From: Nemertoderma westbladi
Taxonomy: Eukaryota > Animalia > Xenacoelomorpha
Direction of reading: 5' to 3'
DNA: 60,925 bases
Assembly (NCBI GenBank): GCA_032718475.1
Contig: JAUCBJ010001581.1
Location: 1 to 60,925, forward strand
Positions 49,585-60,925 of the stretch are shown one piece after another. Every line of letters starts with the position of its first letter. The stretch's first letter is position 1. Made by a program: the position numbers and the translations under genes. The notes beneath the pieces were generated by a model that was given only the letters and a program-made list of their open reading frames with translations, did not search any database and was not told the origin of the DNA.

Positions 49585-50046
49585 GTCTAACCAAATCCAT
49601 AAACGAAAGTCGATATAACAGGATGCAGTTTTATTTTTGGGAATAATGTACCTTTATCTCACTTCGGTGCCTCGTTTCAATATTTCACTCACTCGCTCCG
49701 CTCGTTCGTGTAAATATTAACACTTGGGACCGGCGTGAGATAAAGTCTTACATTATACACAATATAATAAAATAAATAGTTATATATATTTGCTTTTGAT
49801 GTCGGTTGCATAAATGTTTACTTAGAGCGGGGCTTCTTTAATAAAAACATTATAGAACAACATTCAATTAATTCATTAGACTTTTGCAAAAGTTAAGACA
49901 CGTTGTGGCGGAACATGGCCAACTCTAAATTACCAAAACGAACTGATTTCTCTAGATAAATAACCCATCCACCAAATAATAAACACGTAAATAATATACA
50001 ACAATATAGCACCACAGTTGTTTAAATAAAGCTAGATAGGTGGCGA

Positions 50047-50300
50047 TTAGGAATGTTTAGGTTTAATATCGAGTAAGCAATTGCAACCACAGCCTGTAGG
50101 GCAGTAATTATGAGCGGCGAACCAATTAGTCATGTGTTTGGAGTGGCCGCCATGGAAACAAGCCGTGCAGAAGATGTAGGAGCCACGCACGGGGAAACGA
50201 CATATTGCGCACCTGTAGGCGAACGTCTTACAGCGACGACAGTAGTGGGCAGTAGGAGTGTCACAATGGGAGCATAAGAAACGTGAGGGATACATAGTAT
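50047..50300 (-). CDS. WDR59: WDR59 (GATOR2/Sea3) last exon: zinc-finger/RING C-terminus
   Basis: FLCSHC...CRRCKTFAYRCAICRFPVRGSYIFCTACFHGGHSKHMTNWF...CPTGCGCNCLL. The acceptor is ttttccacag| at 50301. Confidence 0.93.
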
Positions 50301-50369
50301 CTGTGGAAAAAGGCATTTATACTAAATTCATATAATAAAACAATGGTAGAAAAATCGTCAACAAGTCCC

Positions 50370-53300
50370 CTACAAACCTGGCCTTTTTTCTACAAACCTG
50401 GCCTTTCTTCTACAAACCTGGCCTTTCATCTACAAACCTGTGGCCTTTCATCTACAAACCTGGCCTTTCTTCTACAAACCTGGCCTTTCATCTACAAACC
50501 TGGCCTTTCATCTACAAACCTGGCCTTTCATCTACAAACCTGACCTTTCTTCTATAAACCTGGCCTTTCATCTACAAACCTGGCCTTTCATCTACAAACC
50601 TGACCTTTCATCGACAAACCTGGCCTTTTTTCTACAAACCTGGCCTTTCTTCTACAAACCTGGCCTTTCTTCTACAAACCTGGCCTTTCATCTACAAACC
50701 TGGCCTTTCTTCTACAAACCTGGCCTTTCTTTTACAAACCTGGCCTTTCATCTACAAACCTGGCCTTTCTTCTACAAACCTGACCTTTCTTCTACAAACC
50801 TGGCCTTTCTTCTACTAACCTGGCCTTTCTTCTACAAACGTGGCCTTTCATCTACAAACCTGGCCTTTCATCTACAAACCTGGCCTTTCTTCTACAAACC
50901 TGGCCTTTCATCTACAAACCTGGCCTTTCATCTACAAACCTGGCATTTCATCTACAAACCTGGCCTTTCATCTACAAGCCTGGCCTTTCTTCTACAAACC
51001 TGGCCTTTCTTCTACTAACCTGGCCTTTCTTCTACAAACCTGGCCTTTCATCTACAAACCTGGCCTTTCATCTACAAACCTGACCTTTCTTCTATAAACC
51101 TGGCCTTTCATCTACAAACCTGGCCTTTCATCTACAAACCTGACCTTTCATCGACAAACCTGGCCTTTTTTCTACAAACCTGGCCTTTCTTCTACAAACC
51201 TGGCCTTTCTTCTACAAACCTGGCCTTTCATCTACAAACCTGGCCTTTCTTCTACAAACCTGGCCTTTCTTCTACAAACCTGGCCTTTCATCTACAAACC
51301 TGGCCTTTCTTCTACAAACCTGACCTTTCTTCTACAAACCTGGCCTTTCTTCTACTAACCTGGCCTTTCTTCTACAAACGTGGCCTTTCATCTACAAACC
51401 TGGCCTTTCATCTACAAACCTGGCCTTTCTTCTACAAACCTGGCCTTTCATCTACAAACCTGGCCTTTCATCTACAAACCTGGCATTTCATCTACAAACC
51501 TGGCCTTTCATCTACAAGCCTGGCCTTTCTTCTACAAACCTGGCCTTTCTTCTACTAACCTGGCCTTTCTTCTACAAACCTGGCCTTTCATCTACAAACC
51601 TGGCCTTTCATCTACAAACCTGGCCTTTCTTCTACAAACCTGGCCTTTCATCTACAAACCTGGCCTTTCATCTACAAACCTGGCCTTTCATCTACAAACC
51701 TGGCCTTTCATCTACAAACCTGGCCTTTCATCTACAAACCTGGCCTTTCTTCTACAAACCTGGCCTTTCATCTACAAACCTGGCCTTTCATCTACAAACC
51801 TGGCCTTTCATCTACAAACCTGACCTTTCATCGACAAACCTGGCCTTCCATCTACAAACCTGGCCTTTCATCTACAAACGTGGCCTTTCATCTACAAACC
51901 TGGCCTTTCATCTACAAACCTGACCTTTCATCTACAAACCTGGCCTTTCTTCTACAAACCTGGCATTTCTTCTACAAACCTGGCCTTTCATCTACAAACC
52001 TTGCCTTTCATCTACAAACCTGGCCTTTCATCTGCAAACCTGGCCTTTCATCTACAAACATTGCCTTTCTTCTACAAACCTTGCCTTTCATCTACAAACC
52101 TGGCCTTTCTTCTACAAACCTGGCCTTTCATCTACAAACCTGGCCTTTCTTCGACAAACTTGGCCTTTCATCTACAAACCTGGCCTTTCATCTACAAACC
52201 TGACCTTTCATCTACAAACTTGGCTTTTCTTCTACAAAACTGGCCTTTTATCTACAAACCTGGCCTTTCTTCTACAAACCTGGCCTTTCTTCTACAAACC
52301 TGGCCTTTCCTCTACAAACCTGGCCTTTCTTATACAAGCCTGGCCTTTCATCTACAAACCTGGCCTTTCTTCTACAAACTTGGCCTTTCATCTACAAACC
52401 TTGCCTTTCTTCTACAAACCTGGCCTTCATCTACAAACTTGGCCTTTCATCTACAAACCTGGCCTTTCATCTACAAACTTGGCCTTTCATCTACAAACTT
52501 GGCCTTTCTTCTACAAACCTGGCCTTTCATCTACAAACCTGGCCTTTCTTCTACAAACCTAGCCTTTCTTCTACAAACCTTGCCTTTCTTCTACAAACCT
52601 TGCCTTTCTTCTACAAACCTTGCCTTTCATCTACAAACCTTGCCTTTCTTCTACAAACCTTGCCTTTCATCTACAAACCTGGCCTTTCTTCTACAAACCT
52701 TGCCTTTCATCTACAAACCTTGCCTTTCATCTACAAACCTGGCCTTTCTTCTACAAACCTGGCCTTTCATCTACAAACCTGGCCTTTCTTCTACAAACCT
52801 TGCCTTTCATCTACAAACCTGGCCTTTCTTCTACAAACCTTGCCTTTCATCTACAAACCTTGCCTTTCATCTACAAACCTGGCCTTTCTTCTACAAACCT
52901 GGCCTTTCATCTACAAACCTGGCCTTTCTTCTACAAACCTGGCCTTTAATCTACGAACCCGGCCTTTCTTCTACAAACCTGGCCTTTCTTCTAAAAACCT
53001 GGCCTTTCTTCTACTAACCTTGCCTTTCATCTACAAACCTGGCCTTTCTTCTACTAACCTTGCCTTTCATCTACAAACCTTGCCTTTCTTCTACAAACCT
53101 TGCCTTTCTTCTACAAACCTTGCCTTTCATCTACAAACCTGGCCTTTCTTCTACAAACCTGGCCTTTCATCTACAAACCTGGCCTTTCTTCTACAAACCT
53201 GGCCTTTCATCTACAAACCTGGCCTTTCTTCTACAAACCTGGCCTTTCTTCTACAAACCTGGCCTTTCTTTTACAAACCTGGCCTTTCATCTACAAACCT

Positions 53301-56260
53301 GACCTTTCATCTACAAACATGGCCTTTCTTCTACAAAGCTGGCCTTTCATCTACAAACCTGGCCTTTCTTCTACAAACCTGGCCTTTCTTCTACAAACCT
53401 GGCCTTTCATCTACAAATCTGGCCTTTCATCTACAAACCTGACCTTTCATCGACAAACCTGGCCTTTCATCTACAAACCTGGCCTTTCATCTGCAAACCT
53501 GGCCTTTCATCTACAAACATTGCCTTTCTTCTACAAACCTTGCCTTTCATCTACAAACCTGGCCTTTCTTCTACAAACCTGGCCTTTCATCTACAAACCT
53601 GGCCTTTCTTCTACAAACTTGGCCTTTCATCTACAAACCTGGCCTTTCATCTACAAACCTGACCTTTCATCTACAAACTTGGCTTTTCTTCTACAAAACT
53701 GGCCTTTTATCTACAAACCTGGCCTTTCTTCTACAAACCTGGCCTTTCTTCTACAAACCTGGCCTTTCCTCTACAAACCTGGCCTTTCTTATACAAACCT
53801 GGCCTTTCATCTACAAACCTGGCCTTTCTTCTACAAACTTGGCCTTTCATCTACAAACCTTGCCTTTCTTCTACAAACCTGGCCTTCATCTACAAACTTG
53901 GCCTTTCATCTACAAACCTGGCCTTTCATCTACAAACTTGGCCTTTCATCTACAAACTTGGCCTTTCTTCTACAAACCTGGCCTTTCATCTACAAACCTG
54001 GCCTTTCTTCTACAAACCTAGCCTTTCTTCTACAAACCTTGCCTTTCTTCTACAAACCTTGCCTTTCTTCTACAAACCTTGCCTTTCATCTACAAACCTT
54101 GCCTTTCTTCTACAAACCTTGCCTTTCATCTACAAACCTGGCCTTTCTTCTACAAACCTTGCCTTTCATCTACAAACCTTGCCTTTCATCTACAAACCTG
54201 GCCTTTCTTCTACAAACCTGGCCTTTCATCTACAAACCTGGCCTTTCTTCTACAAACCTGGCCTTTAATCTACGAACCTGGCCTTTCTTCTACAAACCTG
54301 GCCTTTCTTCTACAAACCTGGCCTTTCTTCTACTAACCTTGCCTTTCATCTACAAACCTGGCCTTTCTTCTACTAACCTTGCCTTTCATCTACAAACCTT
54401 GCCTTTCTTCTACAAACCTTGCCTTTCTTCTACAAACCTTGCCTTTCATCTACAAACCTGGCCTTTCTTCTACAAACCTGGCCTTTCATCTACAAACCTG
54501 GCCTTTCTTCTACAAACCTGGCCTTTCATCTACAAACCTGGCCTTTCTTCTACAAACCTGGCCTTTCTTCTACAAACCTGGCCTTTCTTTTACAAACCTG
54601 GCCTTTCATCTACAAACCTGACCTTTCATCTACAAACATGGCCTTTCTTCTACAAAGCTGGCCTTTCATCTACAAACCTGGCCTTTCTTCTACAAACCTG
54701 GCCTTTCTTCTACAAACCTGGCCTTTCATCTACAAACCTGGCCTTTCATCTACAAACCTGACCTTTCATCGACAAACCTGGCCTTTCATCTACAAACCTG
54801 GCCTTTCATCTACAAACCTGGCCTTTCATCTACAAACCTGGCCTTTCATCTACAAACCTGACCTTTCATCTACAAACCTGGCCTTTCATCTGCAAACCTG
54901 GCCTTTCATCTACAAACCTTGCCTTTCTTCTACAAACCTGGCCTTTCATCTAAAAACCTGGCCTTTCATCTACAAACCTTGCCTTTCTTCTACAAACCTG
55001 GCCTTTCATCTAAAAACCTGGCCTTTTATCTACAAACCTGGCCTTTCATCTACAAACCTTGCCTTTCATCTACAAACCTTGCCTTTCATCTACAAACCTG
55101 GCCTTTCTTCTACAAACCTGGCCTTTCATCTACAAACCTAGCCTTTCTTCTACAAACTTGGCCTTTCATCTACAAACCTGGCCTTTCATCTACAAACCTG
55201 GCCTTTCATCTACAAACATGGCCTTTCTTCTACAAAACTGGCCTTTCATCTACAAACCTGGCCTTTCTTCTACAAACCTGGCCTTTCTTCTACAAACCTG
55301 GCCTTTCCTCTACAAACCTGGCCTTTCTTATACAAACCTGGCCTTTCATCTACAAACCTGGCCTTTCTTCTACAAACTTGGCCTTTCATCTACAAACCTT
55401 GCCTTTCTTCTACAAACCTGGCCTTCATCTACAAACTTGGCCTTTCATCTACAAACCTGGCCTTTCATCTACAAACTTGGCCTTTCATCTACAAACTTGG
55501 CCTTTCTTCTACAAACCTGGCCTTTCATCTACAAACCTGGCCTTTCTTCTACAAACTTGGCCTTTCATCTACAAACCTGGCCTTTCTTCTACTAACCTTG
55601 CCTTTCATCTACAAACCTGGCCTTTCTTCTACTAACCTTGCCTTTCATCTACAAACCTTGCCTTTCTTCTACAAACCTTGTCTTTCTTCTACAAACCTTG
55701 CCTTTCATCTACAAACCTGGCATTTCTTCTACAAACCTGGCCTTTCATCTACAAACCTGGCCTTTCTTCTACAAACCTGGCCTTTCATCTACAAACCTGG
55801 CCTTTCTTCTACAAACCTGGCCTTTCATCTACAAACCTGGCCTTTCTTCTACAAACCTGGCCTTTCTTTTACAAACCTGGCCTTTCATCTACAAACATGA
55901 CCTTTCATCTACAAACATGGCCTTTCTTCTACAAAGCTGGCCTTTCATCTACAAACCTGGCCTTTCTTCTACAAACCTGGCCTTTCTTCTACAAACCTGG
56001 CCTTTCATCTACAAACCTGGCCTTTCTTCTACAACCTTGCCTTTCTTCTACAAACCTGGCCTTTCTTCTACAAACCTGGCCTTTCATCTACAAACTTGGC
56101 CTTTCATCTACAAACCTGGCCTTTCATCTACAAACCTGGCCTTTCTTCTACAAACTTGGCCTTTCATCTACAAACCTGGCCTTTCATCTACAAACCTGGC
56201 CTTTCTTCTACTAACTTTACCTTTCTCCTATCAACTTTTCTTTCTCTTCTACAAACCTTA
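50370..56260. repeat. 20-bp minisatellite, ~290 copies, intronic in WDR59
   Basis: Unit tggcctttc(a/t)tctacaaacc. Confidence 0.98.
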
Positions 56261-56297
56261 TCTTCTCTTCTGGAAACCTCGCTGTATTTCTACGAAC

Positions 56298-56440
56298 CTT
56301 GCAGTTTATCACGCTCTAATGGTCGACATAGTTGTTTCATTATTAATGCCCGAGCTTCCAATAAATTCCAATTGTATAGAATATCTGAGTAATCACGTTT
56401 ATACCCATCGTAGATATGCAAACATTTCGGATCTAATAAA
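56298..56440 (-). CDS. WDR59: WDR59 exon (missed by the ORF track)
   Basis: ttgtag|T TTA TTA GAT CCG... gives LLDPKCLHIYDGYKRDYSDILYNWNLLEARALIMKQL, ending CAA G|gttcgt. It splices in frame (phase 1) to the 50300 exon. Confidence 0.9.
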
Positions 56441-56833
56441 CTACAATATAAAAATAAACTACAGCAGCTAAAACCGAAGTTGTAATATTGCCATTATTAT
56501 TACGACACATACTATACGACTATACGACTAGGCCTACCCGAGAGTAATTTCTGCAAAATAGTTTACTATTATATAAATGTTTTCACGACTTTATTGAATT
56601 TTCATATTCTGTTCCATAGTTTAGCCCGTATCTGATTATGGGGTGGGTTTGAATGATTTATCTTTCTTTAGCCCTGGAAATGTTGCATCATTGTAATTAG
56701 TAAACTTAGAACAGTATTGTTTTGCACGTTTTCAGCTTATTTTACAGTTTACTGAAACCAAAATAAATAGATCACCACAAATCATTACATTATTTAAAGA
56801 TTGTTACGTCATTAAATATGTAGCTTCACCAAC

Positions 56834-57196
56834 CCGGTATAATCGGTTTCATCTATAAAGGTTTCCCCTCGGTCAGGGATACTCGTGGAAATGGGAGACA
56901 CTGAGAAAATTTCAACAACAGAGCGCTCGGTGTCCTGCCAGCTGCCAGTAGAGTCACCTATAGTAGCCGTGCTGCTCCTGGGCGGGGTCGCCGAAGGGTC
57001 AGAGGTCATGTAGGTGGGGACGCTGCTGGATTGGGTAAGTCGGGAGTAGTGTCTGCCCGAGGAGCCGAAACGCTGGGGGTAGACAGGGGTCAGCGTGGAG
57101 GTGGTGTCTGCGACGTCCATAGTCAGGGGTGGCGCCAAGATGCAGCACAGTAGCGCCAAAGTCTGAATGTCGTTACATCTCTTTAAATGCTGAAAT
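56834..57196 (-). CDS. WDR59: WDR59 exon
   Basis: ctccag|A TTT CAG CAT... gives FQHLKRCNDIQTLALLCCIL followed by an S/T-rich linker. Donor ACC GG|gttggt is phase 2 and compatible with the next exon. Confidence 0.88.
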
Positions 57197-57431
57197 CTGG
57201 AGACACAACCTTATGATATAAACCCGCTTCAAAATAAGGCTCCAGATAATTTCTGAATTTTAGTATATAACTAAGTCAATGCGTTTACCCGCACCCCGCT
57301 AAGTACTGATGTCTTCAAATGGCCTACAAGGCGACATCCGAAGCTTAGTAACAATTTTTGGTAACGGTAACACCCCCCCCCCCCCCCCCCCATCGTTCAT
57401 GTAACTTAATTTCTCTCGCTCTAATACTTAC

Positions 57432-57620
57432 ACGCTGTCCAGCATCAATTTAACCAACTGCAGGTCACACGACCCTGTTTCATCATCGCCGGGTTGTGTG
57501 ATTGGTTCGCTAACAATTGCACCAATCAACGTCCAGATATGAGCGAGATCGGGTTTACCCAACCCCTGGGCGACGTCTGCGTTAAGGTTGCACATTCTAA
57601 CCGGGTCGCTCGGAATCAAC
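57432..57620 (-). CDS. WDR59: WDR59 exon (upstream exons not identified in the window)
   Basis: attatag|G TTG ATT... gives LIPSDPVRMCNLNADVAQGLGKPDLAHIWTL (cf. CQKNA...GRKDLVQVWSL). Donor AGC GT|gtaagt is phase 2. Confidence 0.88.
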
Positions 57621-57859
57621 CTATAATGGAGCCATGTGCAATGGCGTAGACAGGACATTGTGCACCAAATTCATATTTCTACATTATTCCAAACGAAGCA
57701 TAAACTGTTGCGAACAATAATTTGAAATAAAATAAGTAGAACTAAAGTGTAAGATACATTTTTGAGAGACTATATTAAATTAAAAATATTAAAAAATAAT
57801 TATAATTTCTGGCACCCCGTCGCGTCGAGAGCCAGAATATATATTTTTGTCTTAAAATG

Positions 57860-58568
57860 CAAAACTTGTTCATTGTGCTTTATTTCCAAAACTTGTTCAT
57901 TGTGCTTTATTTCCAAAACTTGTTCATTGTGCTTTATTTCCAAAACTTGTTCATTGTGCTTTATTTCCAAAACTTGTTCATTGTGCTTTATTTCCAAAAC
58001 TTGTTCATTGTGCTTTATTTCCAAAACTTGTTCATTGTGCTTTATTTCCAAAACTTGTTCATTGTGCTTTATTTCCAAAACTTGTTCATTGTGCTTTATT
58101 TCCAAAACTTGTTCATTGTGCTTTATTTCCAAAACTTGTTCATTGTGCTTTATTTCCAAAACTTGTTCATTGTGCTTTATTTCCAAAACTTGTTCATTGT
58201 GCTTTATTTCCAAAACTTGTTCATTGTGCTTTATTTCCAAAACTTGTTCATTGTGCTTTATTTCCAAAACTTGTTCATTGTGCTTTATTTCCAAAACTTG
58301 TTCATTGTGCTTTATTTCCAAAACTTGTTCATTGTGCTTTATTTCCAAAACTTGTTCATTGTGCTTTATTTCCAAAACTTGTTCATTGTGCTTTATTTCC
58401 AAAACTTGTTCATTGTGCTTTATTTCCAAAACTTGTTCATTGTGCTTTATTTCCAAAACTTGTTCATTGTGCTTTATTTCCAAAACTTGTTCATTGTGCT
58501 TTATTTCCAAAACTTGTTCATTGTGCTTTATTTCCAAAACTTGTTTATTGTGCTTTATTTCCAGAACT
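57860..58568. repeat. 27-bp minisatellite, ~26 essentially identical copies
   Basis: Unit caaaacttgttcattgtgctttatttc. Confidence 0.98.
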
Positions 58569-59483
58569 TGAGATCTATTTTTTAATCAGGATATTCAAGT
58601 AAATGAGAAATAACAGATGGAAAATTGCAAAAGAGAAGAAACTCTTCAGACACAACAAGTTTCCGTTCGATTCCAAAAACATACAAATTGGGTGATAAAT
58701 AAATGACAAGTGTCGTGATTTTATAATTCAATATGGCTATCCTATAATAAATGGTCTTTAAAATTTGTACCTTCAAAACTTCCTGTCAGTATGCCATATT
58801 GTTTTACAATGAGGATTTTCCTGGTCGCTGATATCATTTCTGATGTCAGTGAACCAAGTTTTTTTTATTGTTAACTAGTATTAACTAATATTAAATAGCG
58901 AAAAAAAATTTTCTGACCTGTCATGTAGAATAGCATCTTAGGCACCTATATGCCAAATTTTAGCCAAAAGCAAACAATTTTGAAACGCTGCGAGTGATAA
59001 ATCGAAGAGTTGTCCGAAAATGGTGTACCCCCCCCCCCCCCCCCCCCTTCCCCCCCTTAAACAAAACGCAAATTCATCCGGCTCTGTGAAAAGACTGTGA
59101 ACAACTTCGAGGCGTGGAATAAAGTGCCTCAATGAATTTTTAATGTAATACATAATCTAATCCACTCTGGTCTATAGTCACTAGTTTTTGAGACGCAAAT
59201 TGAAATAATTCTAATGTTTTTCACTTAATTCTAGAATATTAATTACGCGTAATAATGAAGAAACAATATAAGAATTTTAAACGATCAGCTAAGTGTATTA
59301 CTGAAGTGTAATACAGTAATGTATACAATTTGTCACTACATACATCTAATCTAATCTGCTGTATGTCTAAATATTGTTATAAAGATAATAATTAATAGTT
59401 TTGATTTGAGTTGATTTGATTTGCTTTTCTACGTCTATCTGTTTGGTTTCCTTTACATCAGTTCGACTTTGAATAGTTAAGTT

Positions 59484-59951
59484 TTATCGTTTCCCTGAGA
59501 CTTTTGAGTTCTTTGAACGGGTCCGTTTTCTTCCCCTAGAGTTTGATTGCGCACACAGACAGTTACTTATTTCTACCTTGCTGGTCCCTGATAAAGTTTC
59601 CCTTATCCCGGCTTCAGGACTATCACTTTCACGCCGATACGCTTTGGGTGTGCAGTAACCTGTACTTAGTGCAACCATCCATTTGTAGACTTGATTGAAG
59701 TGCCTTTTCGAGAGATGCGGTCCGCAAACTCTATACATAAATCCCGCAAACTGTGTGTAATCCCCCTTGAGGTCCAAGTAGCGTTTTATGAGCTGATTCG
59801 TCTTTGTTATTCCCTTCCTTTCCATCCGCTGGCAGAAAATCGGACCAACACCAGGTACCTTGATGAGTTTGGTTTTGTAAATCTTTGACATCCCTGTTGC
59901 TCCATAATCCAACTCCTTTTTCGTGGATTTGGTTCGCTTTGTTCTACCCAT
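59484..59951 (-). CDS. Divergent barrier-to-autointegration factor (BAF/BANF)-like protein with basic tails, intronless, 155 aa
   Basis: STKKELDYGATGM...KVPGVGPIFCQRMERKGITKTNQLIKRYLDLKGDYTQFAGFMYRVCG parallels BAF SQKHRDFVAEPM...[47 protein letters not shown] (helix-hairpin-helix GxG). Confidence 0.75.
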   Translation of the reverse strand: MGRTKRTKSTKKELDYGATGMSKIYKTKLIKVPGVGPIFCQRMERKGITKTNQLIKRYLDLKGDYTQFAGFMYRVCGPHLSKRHFNQVYKWMVALSTGYCTPKAYRRESDSPEAGIRETLSGTSKVEISNCLCAQSNSRGRKRTRSKNSKVSGKR

Positions 59952-60489
59952 TTTGAATTGAACGATTTGAGTTTATGAAATGAATTTGAACTGGTTATAT
60001 CCCATGAGATGCTACGATTTTGATGTTACTTACACTGCTAGACTAACTACAACCGCATAAGTGAACTAAATCTACCTACATTTTCCGTATATTCCAGAAT
60101 ATTACAGCTAGAGCTACCACGGATACACTTTAAAATAAAAATAAATATTCAAGATGAAAGCCAAAAAAACATTAGAATTATATATTGTTGAGGGTTTTCC
60201 TGAAAGTAACCAAATTCTACTCCGGACCGACTTTAAATGCAAATGCAATACGATTTTCGGTCCCACGAGGTTGTGTTCCAGATGGTCGCTTTTCGTAGAG
60301 AAATTTTCGGGCTATCTAGTGGTATATAACACTAATCTTCTATCGTTTTCCATTTTGGAATAATTTTACGAAAACTAAAGGGTTATCGCTCATAATTTAT
60401 TCAAAACGAGTTCAGAGTTCAAAACGACACCAGGCATCCATTCATATTTCTGTCTCTCTGTCTGTCAACCATTAAGAAAGAATACAGGC

Positions 60490-60760
60490 TAACTAAAATT
60501 CTCGCTATAGAGGTTTTTTGTGTTCGTGATTTCAATTAAGATGTCAGTTTTAACATTTCATGGAATCTATACAGCCTGTCCGTCTGTCTATCTGTCCGTC
60601 TTTTTGTCAGACTGTCCGTCAAACATTAAGAAAACATACTATCCAATAAAATTCTCGCTTTGGGGGTTTCTCGGGTTTGTGATTTCATTTTTGATGTCAG
60701 TTTTCACATTTCACGAAATCTAGACTGTCTGTCCGCCTGTCTGACTGTCCGTCATTTTGC
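60490..60760. repeat. Diverged copies of the ~145-bp repeat family of 46865-47405
   Basis: aaattctcgct...gtgatttca...gatgtcagtttt...aatcta...ctgtc occurs twice. Confidence 0.7.
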
Positions 60761-60925
60761 CAATCCGTCGGTCATTAGATATTTGCGAACAAAGGATTGC
60801 GTCTACGTGGTTTAAATTTTAATTTTCGGATTCCTCGTAAAAGTTTGAGTCAGAAATTGTCGAACTAGCCCATAGGGTGTTGCAAGAATAAAAATAAACA
60901 TATCATAAAACCTTAAATGCGTTTT

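Noticed and set aside
49000-49646. TVARYSGTLQWHV repeat ORFs
   Set aside because: They are translations of the 13-bp minisatellite.
50343-56471. Many long ORFs (up to 553 aa) of TWPFIYKPGLSSTNLAFHLQ repeats
   Set aside because: They are artefacts of the 20-bp minisatellite, antisense to a WDR59 intron.
50047-57620. WDR24 or MIOS instead of WDR59
   Set aside because: The LLDP...Y.DILY.W segment, the DIQTLA.LC motif and the CPTGCGC.CLL ending fit WDR59 best.
57762-58585. Cys-rich (KTCSLCFIS)n or coiled-coil-like (EIKHNEQVL)n proteins
   Set aside because: A 27-bp stop-free unit is open in several frames, with no synonymous variation and no WDR59 homology.

Overview
AT-rich, repeat-dense eukaryotic (invertebrate animal-like) genomic DNA, not prokaryotic. 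Host genes: the C-terminal part of a puromycin-sensitive aminopeptidase (4454-4900), intronless transaldolase, NOM1 and an N-extended UQCR11, a U2 snRNA gene (minus strand) followed by an extra cUUCGg hairpin, the last four exons of the GATOR2 subunit WDR59 (minus strand) and a divergent BAF-like gene with basic tails that probably sits in a WDR59 intron. The main accessory feature is a decayed Maverick/Polinton (adintovirus-like) endogenous virus of about 11 kb (5150 to ~16095). It has an AGTAGT terminus, a 118-119 bp subterminal satellite, an unknown accessory ORF, an adenain protease, a major capsid protein, a basic core-like protein, two tandem minor capsid (penton) genes and an integrase C-terminus with a chromodomain. 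No pPolB or ATPase was seen. The rest is nested transposons (hAT with 8-bp TSD, Helentron/HINE-like elements, tRNA-SINEs, two LINE relics, MITEs) and at least eight different tandem arrays (5, 13, 19, 20, 27, 40, 55 and 118-119 bp units). All homology calls come from motif recognition by eye, with no database searches, and copy numbers are approximate.
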